Source: Candidatus Falkowbacteria bacterium (GTDB lineage Bacteria; Patescibacteriota; Patescibacteriia; Patescibacteriales; UBA12465). From it: a stretch of DNA of 64,000 nucleotides. Positions 24,365-33,584 of this stretch are shown here, piece by piece. The notes beneath the pieces were generated by a model, which saw only the letters and a list, made by a program, of their open reading frames with translations, was not told the origin of the DNA and searched no databases. A program made the position numbers and the translations under genes. The stretch is taken from contig JAPLVZ010000016.1 of the NCBI GenBank assembly GCA_026396805.1, positions 8,122 through 72,121 on the forward strand. The letters are read 5' to 3'. Within the stretch, counting starts at the first letter, position 1. Every line of letters begins with the position of its first letter.

Positions 24365-24420
24365 ATATTTATACTTTTGCACCGTCAATATTATTTCTTC
24401 GCTTCGGTAATTTCTGTGGC

Positions 24421-24444
24421 AAAAACTCTCCGCCAGTCGGCGGA
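24421..24444 (-). terminator. rho-independent terminator after gap, nested inside a longer inverted repeat
   Basis: On the minus strand, TCCGCC GACT GGCGGA is followed by GAGTTTTTG. The outer GTAATTTC (24407-14) / GAAATTAC (24460-67) and TTCGG/CCGAA arms enclose it. Confidence 0.6.
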
Positions 24445-24506
24445 TCGTTTTTACTCGACGAAATTACAGGCGCTCCGAAATATTATTGCCGCCGCAAATA
24501 TTAATT

Positions 24507-25517
24507 TTAAATAAATTTTTTTAAATAATCGGCCAACTCCACGAAACGATTGGAATAGCCCCATTCGTTATCGTACCAGGCAATGACTTTAAGCAGATTG
24601 CCGCCGACAATTTTTGTATTCTTCAGGTCAATGATGGCGCTATGGGAATTGCCGATAATGTCGCTGGATACCAATTCTTCATCAGACGCTTGCAAGATGC
24701 CGCGCATCTTACCGCCCGCTGCTTTGATAAAAGCGCGATTGACCTTCTCAACCGTCGTCTTCTTCTTTAATAAATAAACCGTATCGCATAAAGAACCGAT
24801 CGGAGTCGGAACACGAACGGCCAGGCCGTCAAATTTGCCTTTTAAGTCCGGAATAGTTTCCGTCGTGGAAATCGCCGCTCCGGTCGTCGTCGGAATGATA
24901 TTTATCGCCGCCGCCCGCGCTCTCCTTAAATCTTTATGCGGGCCGTCGACCAAATTCTGGTCGGCCGTATAAGAATGGATGGTTGTCATGAGCGCGTACT
25001 TGACGCCGAAATTATCCTTGATGACTTTAGTGGACGGCGCCAAACAATTCGTCGTGCACGAGGCGCAGGATAAAAGATTATCATGCCTGGTGACTTTCTC
25101 CATATTTACTCCCGGCACTATCGTCTTCACGCCGCCCTTTTTCGCCGGGGCGGACAGGATGACTTTTTTCGCGCCGGCCTTGAGATGCCGGTTCAATCCT
25201 TCTTTATCGGTAAAGCGGCCGGTGCATTCTAAAACGATATCAACCTGCATTTTTTTCCACGGGAGTTCGCTCGGTTCCTTGATGGCCAAAACCGGAATCT
25301 TATGGCCGCCCACAAAGATGGCGTCCTTAGTCGCGCTTATTTTCTGCCGAGTGGAACCGTAGCAGGAATCATGGCTAAGAAGATGCGCCAGGGTCGCGGC
25401 ATCGGTCAAGTCGTTGATGGCCACGACCTTCATGTTCGGGAAACGCATCCAGATGACTTTTAAAGCGGCGCGGCCGATGCGGCCGAAGCCGTTAATGGCG
25501 ATATTCATCTTGGTCAT
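24507..25517 (-). CDS. gap: glyceraldehyde-3-phosphate dehydrogenase
   Basis: INGFGRIGR, SCTTNCLAP and WYDNEWGYSNR. Confidence 0.95.
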   Translation of the reverse strand: MTKMNIAINGFGRIGRAALKVIWMRFPNMKVVAINDLTDAATLAHLLSHDSCYGSTRQKISATKDAIFVGGHKIPVLAIKEPSELPWKKMQVDIVLECTGRFTDKEGLNRHLKAGAKKVILSAPAKKGGVKTIVPGVNMEKVTRHDNLLSCASCTTNCLAPSTKVIKDNFGVKYALMTTIHSYTADQNLVDGPHKDLRRARAAAINIIPTTTGAAISTTETIPDLKGKFDGLAVRVPTPIGSLCDTVYLLKKKTTVEKVNRAFIKAAGGKMRGILQASDEELVSSDIIGNSHSAIIDLKNTKIVGGNLLKVIAWYDNEWGYSNRFVELADYLKKFI

Positions 25518-25545
25518 AAAATTAACATTAATAAATTACCAATAA

Positions 25546-25589
25546 ATTATAGCATATTTTTAAGAAACTTTGAAATGAAACTTTGAAAT
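25546..25589 (-). promoter_or_regulatory. gap promoter with extended -10 (TGCTATAAT), overlapped upstream by a perfect 13-bp tandem duplication
   Basis: Minus-strand TGC-TATAAT at 25554..25546 and -35 TTCAAA at 25574..25569. GAAACTTTGAAAT occurs twice, at 25564-25589. Confidence 0.55.
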
Positions 25590-25605
25590 AAAAGCCACAT
25601 TTATT

Positions 25606-27102
25606 TTATTTCCCTTCAAAAATCTGAGCTTGAAAAACGCTTAATTCCACCTCGGGATCGTTTTTATAACAATCCGGCGCCAAGCCCGCTTTCTGCGCGC
25701 AGAGTTCGCTTAAAAATTTTTCTTCGGTCCAGCCGCTTTCCGAAGCCACTTGCGGCAAGAAAACTCCGCTCTTTAAGCCTTTCCTGACGATCACGCCGTC
25801 CCGGCCTAATCTGATTTGGCGCCAATCGCTGATTAGCCGCGGCCTGGATAAAACGCTGATTTCATAATCCAATCGGGCTAATTCGTCCGCGGCCACCGGA
25901 TAAAAACGATTATCTTCCGCAGCCGCGGCCATGGCCATGTCGCGCACGACCTGCCATAAAGGATTAATGGCGATAATTTGACCGATACAACCCCTTAGTT
26001 CCCCATTCTTCTTTAGAGTCACGAAAGCGCCTTGCGACGTTTTTAAGCGCTCGTCTTTAATTTCGAATTCGGAAATTTTCTTGTTTCTCACGTAATTTTC
26101 CACACTGGTCCGGGCGATATTTAACAAAATTTTCTGCTCGGCCGAATTTAAATCCGAGCTTGTAAAAATAACGGCGCCATAGCCGACCACCTGGTTTTTG
26201 TCGCCCAAAAACGTATCGCCGCTATTTTTATAGCCCAAAACTTGCAGCTCTAAATTAAGCTGTTCGGCCAGGGCCAGCGCCGTTTTGACCGCCTCCAGAC
26301 CGCACAAAATCGTTTGTTCGTTAGTTTGAGCGCTAAGAGCGGATTTTGCCTCTTCGCTCAAGCCGGTCAAATCTTTATTTTTTATTAATTCTAAGGTCTG
26401 GCGGTCAATTTTATTGGCCGCCTCGTAGGGAGGATAATGCGACATATCGGAGCTGACCACGATTAAATCGCCGTCGGCTAAATTGGCCGCCAAAATTTTC
26501 GCCACGGCTTCATAATCATTATCGTCGGTGTTACCAAATAAAAGCGGTACGATTTTAAAATCCGAACCCAAAACAGTCTGCAAAAACGGCACCTGCGTTT
26601 CCAGCCCATGTTCCGACTGATGAGGGGCGTTATTGATTTCTAAAAGCGGCGAAGCGGCCGCCAGCTCCTTAACTTTTTCCGTATCCACCGCGACGCGGCC
26701 CAAAGGCGTTTCCCAAAAATCATGATTGTCAACGGCTAGGCCGGAAAAATAATCATGGTGCGAATTGCCAAGAAGATAGACGCGCTGGATTTTTTGTCCG
26801 GCCAAAGCTTTATAAGCCAAAGCCGCCACGCCGGCGCTGTAATCGTAACCGGCGTGCGGCACGATGATTATTTTTATCGTTCCGCTCGCCTTAACTGGCG
26901 GCGCGGCCTCCAGGTTAGTTTTGATGACCCTTTCCAAAGCGGCGCGATCAGCCGGATAAAATTGGCCGGCTACCGCCATCGGACGAATCGTTGATTTAAA
27001 AATGAGCCGAGACATATTTTTAAAATTTAAAATAAATAAAATTCCTAAAATAATAACCAGCGACAAAGCGACAAAAATTATTATTTTTTTTGACTTTTTC
27101 AT
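25606..27102 (-). CDS. membrane-anchored fusion of Memo-like (AmmeMemoRadiSam protein B) and AMMECR1 (protein A) domains
   Basis: N-terminal TM helix KKIIIFVALSLVIILGILFIL. Memo part QFYPAD...VPHAGYDYSG...GNSHH. AMMECR1 part GAFVTLKKNGELRGCIG. The start is moved to ATG 27102 because the track start is TTG. Confidence 0.88.
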   Translation of the reverse strand: MKKSKKIIIFVALSLVIILGILFILNFKNMSRLIFKSTIRPMAVAGQFYPADRAALERVIKTNLEAAPPVKASGTIKIIIVPHAGYDYSAGVAALAYKALAGQKIQRVYLLGNSHHDYFSGLAVDNHDFWETPLGRVAVDTEKVKELAAASPLLEINNAPHQSEHGLETQVPFLQTVLGSDFKIVPLLFGNTDDNDYEAVAKILAANLADGDLIVVSSDMSHYPPYEAANKIDRQTLELIKNKDLTGLSEEAKSALSAQTNEQTILCGLEAVKTALALAEQLNLELQVLGYKNSGDTFLGDKNQVVGYGAVIFTSSDLNSAEQKILLNIARTSVENYVRNKKISEFEIKDERLKTSQGAFVTLKKNGELRGCIGQIIAINPLWQVVRDMAMAAAAEDNRFYPVAADELARLDYEISVLSRPRLISDWRQIRLGRDGVIVRKGLKSGVFLPQVASESGWTEEKFLSELCAQKAGLAPDCYKNDPEVELSVFQAQIFEGK

Positions 27103-27109
27103 GTTTATA

Positions 27110-28144
27110 TTATAACCCAAAAATCCCCGCCAATTTTTGCCCGCAAGCGCGGCAATGGCCGTTTTTATCCAAACGCTCTATATCATAGCCGGCTCTTTTA
27201 ATCGTGACGCGGCCGCAGGCCGGACAAAGAGTATCGGCCGTTCCCGTCTCCCGAATGTTACCGGTATAAACGTATTTCAGACCTTCTTCTCGGCCGATAT
27301 CATAGGCGCGTTTAACCGCGGCCGCGGGCGTTTTTGACAAATGCTTTAATTTCCAGGAAATCTCTCCGGAGAAAGCGCTCACATGCCAGGGAACGAAATC
27401 ACCCAATTCATTCTTAATAAAGCGGGCGATTTTTCTTAACATCTCTTCCCCGTCGCTTAAGGCGGGAATAATCAAGGTGGTAATTTCCAGCCAAACTCCC
27501 GCTTTGACCAGCCGCCGGCAATTGGCTAAGACCGGTTCCAAACGGGCGCCGCAATTGGTTTGATAGAATTTATCGTCAAAAGACTTAAGATCAATGTTAA
27601 TCGCGTCCAAATAAGGTAAAATAATGTCCAGGGTTTCGGCGGACATATAACCGTTGGAAACCCAAACATTTTTCAGACCCTTGGCTTTGGCTAATTTCAT
27701 GGTGTTAAGAGCATATTCCAAAAACACCGTTGGCTCGTTATAGGTATAGGAGATGCTCGGACATTTGACTTTTAAAGTGTTGGCGACAATTTCGGCCGGA
27801 GTCAGATTAAACCCCCAGTTAACCTCGGCATAATCGTTAATGTCTCCGCGCCGGACGAATTGCGACAGATCGTAATTCTGGCAATTAGCGCAGCGAAAAT
27901 TACAACCCCGAGTGCCGAAAGAATAGGTTAAGGAGCCGGGCAAAAAATGAAACAGGGGCTTTTTCTCGATCGGATCAATATTAACGGCGGCTGTTCGGCC
28001 ATAGGTCAACAGATAAAGTCGGCCGCCGCTATTTAAGCGCAAGCCGCAAATACCGGTCCGACCGTCGGGAATCCGGCAAAAATGGGCACAGACTCGGCAC
28101 TCGACTTTAGCGCCGATTTTTTGGTAATTAAGAGCTTCTTTCAT
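27110..28144 (-). CDS. AmmeMemoRadiSam-system radical SAM enzyme
   Basis: The CNFRCANC (CxxxCxxC) motif is in the expected context. Extra N-terminal Cys cluster and a C-terminal CPACG...CRACG ribbon. It lies adjacent to the Memo/AMMECR1 gene. Confidence 0.88.
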   Translation of the reverse strand: MKEALNYQKIGAKVECRVCAHFCRIPDGRTGICGLRLNSGGRLYLLTYGRTAAVNIDPIEKKPLFHFLPGSLTYSFGTRGCNFRCANCQNYDLSQFVRRGDINDYAEVNWGFNLTPAEIVANTLKVKCPSISYTYNEPTVFLEYALNTMKLAKAKGLKNVWVSNGYMSAETLDIILPYLDAINIDLKSFDDKFYQTNCGARLEPVLANCRRLVKAGVWLEITTLIIPALSDGEEMLRKIARFIKNELGDFVPWHVSAFSGEISWKLKHLSKTPAAAVKRAYDIGREEGLKYVYTGNIRETGTADTLCPACGRVTIKRAGYDIERLDKNGHCRACGQKLAGIFGL

Positions 28145-28229
28145 AATAATATTTACCTTCTCATTCTACCAAAAAAATCCGAAAAATTCTAACATCCGGC
28201 CAAGATATAACAAAACCCCGCTGTCTGTC

Positions 28230-28251
28230 AAAAATGAGCCTTTCAGCTCAT
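28230..28251 (-). terminator. rho-independent terminator after the 140-aa membrane-protein gene
   Basis: On the minus strand, ATGAGC TGAAAG GCTCAT is followed by TTTTTG. Confidence 0.6.
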
Positions 28252-28265
28252 TCTTATCTTGGCGT

Positions 28266-28688
28266 TTATTTGCCATACTTTTCCTGAAAATCCTGTTTAT
28301 CACCGAAACGCGCGAAGTTCTGACTGGCCTGATCGGCTTGTGTTTTAAAACCTGGACGGCCTTCATGCATAACGCCGCACCAATATTTCTCGGTTAAGCC
28401 GGCAACTTCTTTTAAATAGCGCAAAACACCGTTGACATATCCGCAATACATGCAACTGATCTTTTCCAAAATGTTCAAATAAGCCAATTTATTGCGGTCC
28501 AAAATTAAAATATATTCGGAACGTTTTACCCGATTAATTTTATATATCGGAAAGCAAATAAACTGATATAAAGCGGAGACCAAATCAAGAGCTAAAACAA
28601 ATGGCAAGGGGATCCAAATAAATGGCATTGATAACCAATGGAGCCAGAAACGAGTGTATCTATATTTATGATATTTACGATAATTCAT
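28266..28688 (-). CDS. hypothetical membrane protein with conserved-looking Cys residues (CMYCGY...WCG)
   Basis: 140 aa with ATG start and an N-terminal TM hairpin. I recognise no family. Confidence 0.6.
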   Translation of the reverse strand: MNYRKYHKYRYTRFWLHWLSMPFIWIPLPFVLALDLVSALYQFICFPIYKINRVKRSEYILILDRNKLAYLNILEKISCMYCGYVNGVLRYLKEVAGLTEKYWCGVMHEGRPGFKTQADQASQNFARFGDKQDFQEKYGK

Positions 28689-28722
28689 AGAGTTGAAGTA
28701 AGTAATAAGGCGATTTAATTTA

Positions 28723-29535
28723 TTATTTCTTCTTATGTCGATTTATATCCACTTGGATTACCGTATCCCGATCGCTCTCTTTCTCGCCGGCAAAACGAAC
28801 ATCAACGGTTTGTTTTAAGATATGATGACCGATAACGATGCCGCGCGCGCCGTCCACGTTCACTTTCGTGCCGATGGGCGGCAGTTGGCCGGCCATTTCT
28901 TTATAGCCTTCATACTCATAAGACAAACAGCACATCAAACGGCCGCACATGCCGGAAATCCTTTCGCTCCCGCGATGAACGACCTGCTGCGCTTCAGCCA
29001 TTTCCGAAGTGATGGAAGAAAACTCATCCAAAAATCCGCGGCAACAAAGCCCGCGACCGCACGGGCCGCAATCGCCGGTGATTTTGGCTTCGTCGCGCGT
29101 CCCGATTTGAGTCAGACGGATATTGGCGTTGAAGCGTCCGGCCAGATCCTTGACCAGTTCCCGAAAATCAACGCGCCCGTCGGAAATGAAAGCGAAATTG
29201 AAACGGTTGTTCTCGTAAGCGAAATGAACGTCAACCAGCTTCATGGGCAGATTATGTTTAGCGATCATTTCCCGACAAAACTCCAGGACTTCTTCTTTTT
29301 TGGCCGCGTCAGGCAGTTTCGCGATATCGTCATAGTCCGCCCTTCTTAAAATCGGCTTGATTTCGCGACCTTCTTTTCCCGTTTCGTTGTCAGAAAATAA
29401 CTTTACTATTTTTCCGAGTTCTGTCCCCAGTTCGGTCTTGACGATAACATAATCACCGACCGCCAGTTCCGGATTGCCGGCGGAAAAATTATAAACCTTG
29501 TCCCAAGGAGCGAATTGTACTTGCGCTATTAACAT
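28723..29535 (-). CDS. ricT: PSP1-domain protein (RicT/YaaT family)
   Basis: HFAYENNRFNFAFISDGRVDFRELVKDL...CGPCGRGLCC...GMCGRLMCCL. The start is moved to ATG 29535 because the track start is TTG and overlaps tsf. Confidence 0.85.
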   Translation of the reverse strand: MLIAQVQFAPWDKVYNFSAGNPELAVGDYVIVKTELGTELGKIVKLFSDNETGKEGREIKPILRRADYDDIAKLPDAAKKEEVLEFCREMIAKHNLPMKLVDVHFAYENNRFNFAFISDGRVDFRELVKDLAGRFNANIRLTQIGTRDEAKITGDCGPCGRGLCCRGFLDEFSSITSEMAEAQQVVHRGSERISGMCGRLMCCLSYEYEGYKEMAGQLPPIGTKVNVDGARGIVIGHHILKQTVDVRFAGEKESDRDTVIQVDINRHKKK

Positions 29536-29548
29536 GAATTTAATATGA

Positions 29549-30343
29549 TTAAAGAGCGTAGCGGACAAACTTCAGAACCTTGGCTCCGCCCAAAATATCT
29601 TTTATCTTTTTTTTGTCGTCCTTGATATATTCCTGCTCCACGAGGCAGACTTCGGAATAATACTTGCCCATTTTTCCTTCAACAATCTTATCGACCATAT
29701 TGGCCGGCTTGCCTTCCTTAATCAATAATTCTTTATAAATCTCTTTCTCTTTAGCTATCTCTTCGACCACGACTTCAGACGGCAGTATATACTTCGGATT
29801 AGCCGCCGCGACCTGCATCGCGACTTCAGTCGCGATCGCTTCCTGGCCCGGCTGATCCAAGGCGACAAGCACGCCGATGCGTCCGCCTAAGTGGGAATAA
29901 GAAGCGACGGTAGCGCCGCTCACCATATCTAAACGCTTAAGGCTCATTTTTTCGCCGCTGGTGCCGCTTAAAGCGCCGATGCTTTCTTCGACCGTAATAT
30001 TATCAAGGGGCAAAGCTAAAAGAGCTTCGAGAGTCGCCGGCTCATCTTTCTTGATAACATTTAAGATGCCGCCGGCTAAAGCCTGAAATTTTTCATTACG
30101 AGAGACAAAATCTGTTTCACAGTTAAGCTCGACGATATAAGCTTCGGACTTCGCGTCATTAACCGCCACCTTAATGACGCCTTCGTTAGCTTCCCGGCTG
30201 CTGCGTTTCGCCGCTTTGGAAATCCCTTTCTTGCGCAGAATTTCCACCGCTTTATTAAGATCATTACCCGCTTCGTCGAGCGCCGTCTTGCAATCAACCA
30301 TGCCGGCGCCGGTCATCTCGCGTAATTGTTTAATGAGTTCCAT
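29549..30343 (-). CDS. tsf: elongation factor Ts
   Basis: IKQLREMTGAGMVDCKTALDEAGNDLNKAVEILRKKG. Lies downstream of rpsB. Confidence 0.95.
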   Translation of the reverse strand: MELIKQLREMTGAGMVDCKTALDEAGNDLNKAVEILRKKGISKAAKRSSREANEGVIKVAVNDAKSEAYIVELNCETDFVSRNEKFQALAGGILNVIKKDEPATLEALLALPLDNITVEESIGALSGTSGEKMSLKRLDMVSGATVASYSHLGGRIGVLVALDQPGQEAIATEVAMQVAAANPKYILPSEVVVEEIAKEKEIYKELLIKEGKPANMVDKIVEGKMGKYYSEVCLVEQEYIKDDKKKIKDILGGAKVLKFVRYAL

Positions 30344-30400
30344 ATTGATAATTAAATTACGAATTAAAATTGTAAATCTTTTTGAGTTGATTCTTTGGCC

Positions 30401-31093
30401 TTATTTTAGACTCTTCTTCCCTTCTAAAACCGCGTTTTTAATCGCTTCTAGTAATAATTTAATGGTTTTAGTGGAGTCGTCGTTGGCCGGAATCGGATAA
30501 TTGACTTCTTCCGGATTGACATTAGTATCGCAAATGGCGATAATCGGAATATTTTTTTGTCTGGCTTCCTTAACGGCCGTTTCTTCTTCTTTGGTGTCCC
30601 AAACGAATAAAGCGTCCGGGAGCTTGGTCAAGGCCGCTAAGCCGCCGACGCGAACTTCCAGCTTCTTAATCTCACGATCGAAATTCAAGCGTTCCTTCTT
30701 GGTATATTTATCCAATTTCCCACCTTCTCTTTTTTCAATCAGGTCTAAATATTTTTTGACCGATTTCTTGACGATCGGGAAATTAGTCAAATAACCGCCC
30801 AGCCATTTACCGACAACATAAGACTGGCCGGTTTCTTCCGCCATTTTTCTTAGCGGCGCGGAAACTTGACTCTTGGTACCGACAAACAAGATGCTCTTGC
30901 CCTCGGCCACGAGTTTGGTCATAAATTCCAAAGCTTCCTGTAATTTTTCCTGCGCCTTTTTCAAATCAATGATGTAGACGCCGTTTTTGGAGGTAAAAAT
31001 GAATTGCTTCATTTTCGGATGCCAGCGGTTGGTCCGATGGCCGAAGTGCATGCCCGCTTTGAGCATGTCTTCAATTGTTGGTAAATTAGACAT
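30401..31093 (-). CDS. rpsB: 30S ribosomal protein S2
   Basis: LKAGMHFGHRTNRWHPKM...ILFVGTK...PDALFVWD. Confidence 0.97.
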   Translation of the reverse strand: MSNLPTIEDMLKAGMHFGHRTNRWHPKMKQFIFTSKNGVYIIDLKKAQEKLQEALEFMTKLVAEGKSILFVGTKSQVSAPLRKMAEETGQSYVVGKWLGGYLTNFPIVKKSVKKYLDLIEKREGGKLDKYTKKERLNFDREIKKLEVRVGGLAALTKLPDALFVWDTKEEETAVKEARQKNIPIIAICDTNVNPEEVNYPIPANDDSTKTIKLLLEAIKNAVLEGKKSLK

Positions 31094-31220
31094 ATTTTTT
31101 CTTTTTTTGGGGACAAAGCCCGTTACGTCTGCTCCCTTCGCCCTTGTTTTTTCAAGGGAAGAAAAATAATGGCGAGAGTGGCTACTAATAGGAGAGCCAC
31201 CGGGCCGATAGGAGCATGAT

Positions 31221-31246
31221 AATTAATAAAAGACCGCTAAGCGGCC
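31221..31246 (-). terminator. terminator-like hairpin after the 499-aa secreted-protein gene
   Basis: On minus-strand RNA, GGCCGC UUA GCGGUC (with one G.U pair) is followed by UUUUAUU. Confidence 0.45.
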
Positions 31247-31333
31247 TGAGGCATAAAACCTCTGCTATAAAGATATCTCAAATTAATACTCTTGTCAAGC
31301 TAGAGTGTTTAAGATTATTTACCTAAAATTAGC

Positions 31334-32833
31334 TTATTTTTGATAAAAATCTTTCACCGCCTGATTGAAGTCGCTCACTTTTTGATTGTAATCATTAATC
31401 GCCGCCTGATAAGCGCTTAAATCGCTGTTATATTTATTGATTAAATCATTATATGTGCCTACTAAACTATTATACTGGGGAATCTGTCCATTATTATAAT
31501 AGGTGCCCATCTGGGACTTAAGCGAACTGATCTCCGCTTCCTGAATTTTTAAGGCGGCGTCTTGAGCGCTAAGAAGAGGATCTTGAGTGTTTAAATAATC
31601 CTTGGCCGCTTTTAAAGACGCGACTTTAGCGCGAGTTGCGGCCACACCGTAGTAAATCTGACCGCTCGTCTTTTGATAAATTTCCATGTTTCCCAGATGA
31701 GCGGCATCGAAGAGACCGGTAAATTCTTCCGAACCGGTTTGCGCTTGCCCGGAACTTAAATCGGACGGAACCACGCCGAGGGGAAAATAATTCGTCGTTT
31801 CACCATAGCAATAACCGGAACCGGCGAGCGATTGGTCGATCGGACAGGCGATGCCGACCGCGCTATGATTCGCCGTCGGAAAATCCAGAATCGCCGCCCC
31901 GTAACCTAATTTACGTAGTAGCGCTACGGCCAAAAAAGTTTTGTCGGAACAGACGCCGCGATCAAGATATAAAGTTTCGTAAGGATAATAAGGATCGTTA
32001 TTGCGATTATTTTCGGCAAGCAGTTTGGCGTTATCATAAGGAATAAATTGCGCGAGCGCGAGCGTGAATTCCAGAGTTTCATCGGCGGTCCAATTATTAT
32101 TTAAGGCGATCGCCTTTAATTTAAAGATCAGGTCGTTAAGTGAAGTGTCACCGGATTTGACGTTAAAAAATAGGCCATAGAAAGCTTCGCGTAAAGTCGC
32201 GTCCGAAGCCGCGCCGGAATAGGAATAAACTTTAATGGCCGACTTATAAGAATTATAAAGCGCGGACGAAAAATTCTGATTAACCGTGTAACCGCTATTT
32301 TTATATTTAAAAGCGAAGGAAAGCGGCGCGTCTAAGCTGACGCTCTCCGCCGGAACGCTGCCGCTCACCGAGGCGATTTTTATCTTGGCCAAATCCGCGT
32401 TCGTGATTCCCAGGCCCAGAGCCCGCATAACATTAAACGCGTCCGCCGGCCGGCCCAAATAATATAGTTTTAAATTTGTCGGCGAAAGATAATAAGCCTG
32501 GCCTTTGTCTTGGACCTGAAGCAGAATGCGGCCGGATAAGCGAAGCGGGGCGCTAATCTTAAATTTCGCCAAATCGGCGTTAGAAACCCCGAGCCCGAGC
32601 GCGCGCATGATACCAAACGCGTCATCGGGACGGCCCAGATAATAACGCGAACTGTTAACCGGATTAACATACCAGGCCTCGCCATGAGACTCAACTTGCA
32701 GGAGAATGCGACCGTTCAAGTTAGTCGCGGCTGAAGCCGGAGCGGGAAATATGCCGGAGCTTAAAAAAATAGCGCCCGTCAAAACCAAAACGGAAATTAT
32801 TCTTAAATATTTTGACGAAGCGGTTATTTTCAT
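31334..32833 (-). CDS. secreted protein: two N-terminal ~57-aa GRILLQV/EAWY/RYYLG repeat modules, possible transglutaminase-like Cys-His core, C-terminal coiled coil
   Basis: Signal peptide ending PASA-A. Repeats at about aa 37-153. GVCSDKTFLAVALLRKLGY...NHSAVG. The tail is Asn/Tyr/Gln-rich heptad-like. Confidence 0.8.
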   Translation of the reverse strand: MKITASSKYLRIISVLVLTGAIFLSSGIFPAPASAATNLNGRILLQVESHGEAWYVNPVNSSRYYLGRPDDAFGIMRALGLGVSNADLAKFKISAPLRLSGRILLQVQDKGQAYYLSPTNLKLYYLGRPADAFNVMRALGLGITNADLAKIKIASVSGSVPAESVSLDAPLSFAFKYKNSGYTVNQNFSSALYNSYKSAIKVYSYSGAASDATLREAFYGLFFNVKSGDTSLNDLIFKLKAIALNNNWTADETLEFTLALAQFIPYDNAKLLAENNRNNDPYYPYETLYLDRGVCSDKTFLAVALLRKLGYGAAILDFPTANHSAVGIACPIDQSLAGSGYCYGETTNYFPLGVVPSDLSSGQAQTGSEEFTGLFDAAHLGNMEIYQKTSGQIYYGVAATRAKVASLKAAKDYLNTQDPLLSAQDAALKIQEAEISSLKSQMGTYYNNGQIPQYNSLVGTYNDLINKYNSDLSAYQAAINDYNQKVSDFNQAVKDFYQK

Positions 32834-32844
32834 AATCGGATTGA

Positions 32845-33516
32845 TTAATCAACCAGGGTGATGTATAAATCTTCGGTCGGCGGCGACGGCAAATGGTCGG
32901 CGTCATTAATAAAGCTTATCTTAACATAACCGTCGCGATCAACAACGATCTTACTGACTGAAGACTGAAAAATTTCTAAAGACAAAAAACCGACGACATC
33001 GGCGTCCAATATTCCGGTCAGGAGGGCGCGGATAAAATTACCGTGCGAAAATATCGCCAGTCGTCGGCCGCGATTATGGCGACAGATGTCAGCGATAACG
33101 CGGCGAGCGATAGTCTGCATCCTATCCAGTTCCCGATCCAAAATCTCATGGCGCCTCAATCTTTTTTCTCGCGCTTTTTCCGTCATGTTAAAATATTTAA
33201 GACGATACCAGTCTTTCCAGTTTATCTCATCCAGACGCTCATCAATATCCAATTTTTTGCCGGTTTTTTTCAGATAAAGAGCGGCTGTTTCTTGCGCCCG
33301 CGCCAGACCGCTCGCGTAAACTTTATCAATCTTTAAGGTCAGCAATTTCTTGGTCAAATAACGACGCTGTTTCAAACCGGTCTTGGACAAGGGCATATGG
33401 TACTCGCCCACTTTCTTTTCCAGGCGGTAATTCGGATGGCAATGACGGATAAAATATATTTCCGTATAAGGCCGGCAGCTGGACGGTTTCAGTTTAGCGT
33501 AAGGATTCTTGTACAT
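32845..33516 (-). CDS. histidine phosphatase (phosphoglycerate-mutase-like) family protein
   Basis: IYFIRHCHP...LSKTGLKQ...SGLARAQETA...IFSHGNFIRALL. Confidence 0.85.
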   Translation of the reverse strand: MYKNPYAKLKPSSCRPYTEIYFIRHCHPNYRLEKKVGEYHMPLSKTGLKQRRYLTKKLLTLKIDKVYASGLARAQETAALYLKKTGKKLDIDERLDEINWKDWYRLKYFNMTEKAREKRLRRHEILDRELDRMQTIARRVIADICRHNRGRRLAIFSHGNFIRALLTGILDADVVGFLSLEIFQSSVSKIVVDRDGYVKISFINDADHLPSPPTEDLYITLVD

Positions 33517-33584
33517 AATATGGTCGAATATAATTAATAATAACGATAACTAACGGTTATGAATCGGCAATTATAGGTTAACGA

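Noticed and set aside
28822-29349. Long antisense ORFs in the track (for example 28822-29349, 8492-8950, 17606-18022, 24979-25362, 12207-12527, 16667-17001)
   Set aside because: Each overlaps, on the opposite strand or in another frame, a gene with strong family motifs. Their products are low-complexity Ala/Arg/Ser/Pro-rich strings typical of shadow frames.
31270-31298. TTGACA at 31298..31293 (minus strand) as the rpsB promoter
   Set aside because: The best -10 at 17-bp spacing is TATCTT, and the site lies upstream of a terminator-like hairpin (31221-31246) that would stop its transcripts. The rpsB leader hairpins (31141-31158 and 31178-31200) are real structures but have no recognisable class.
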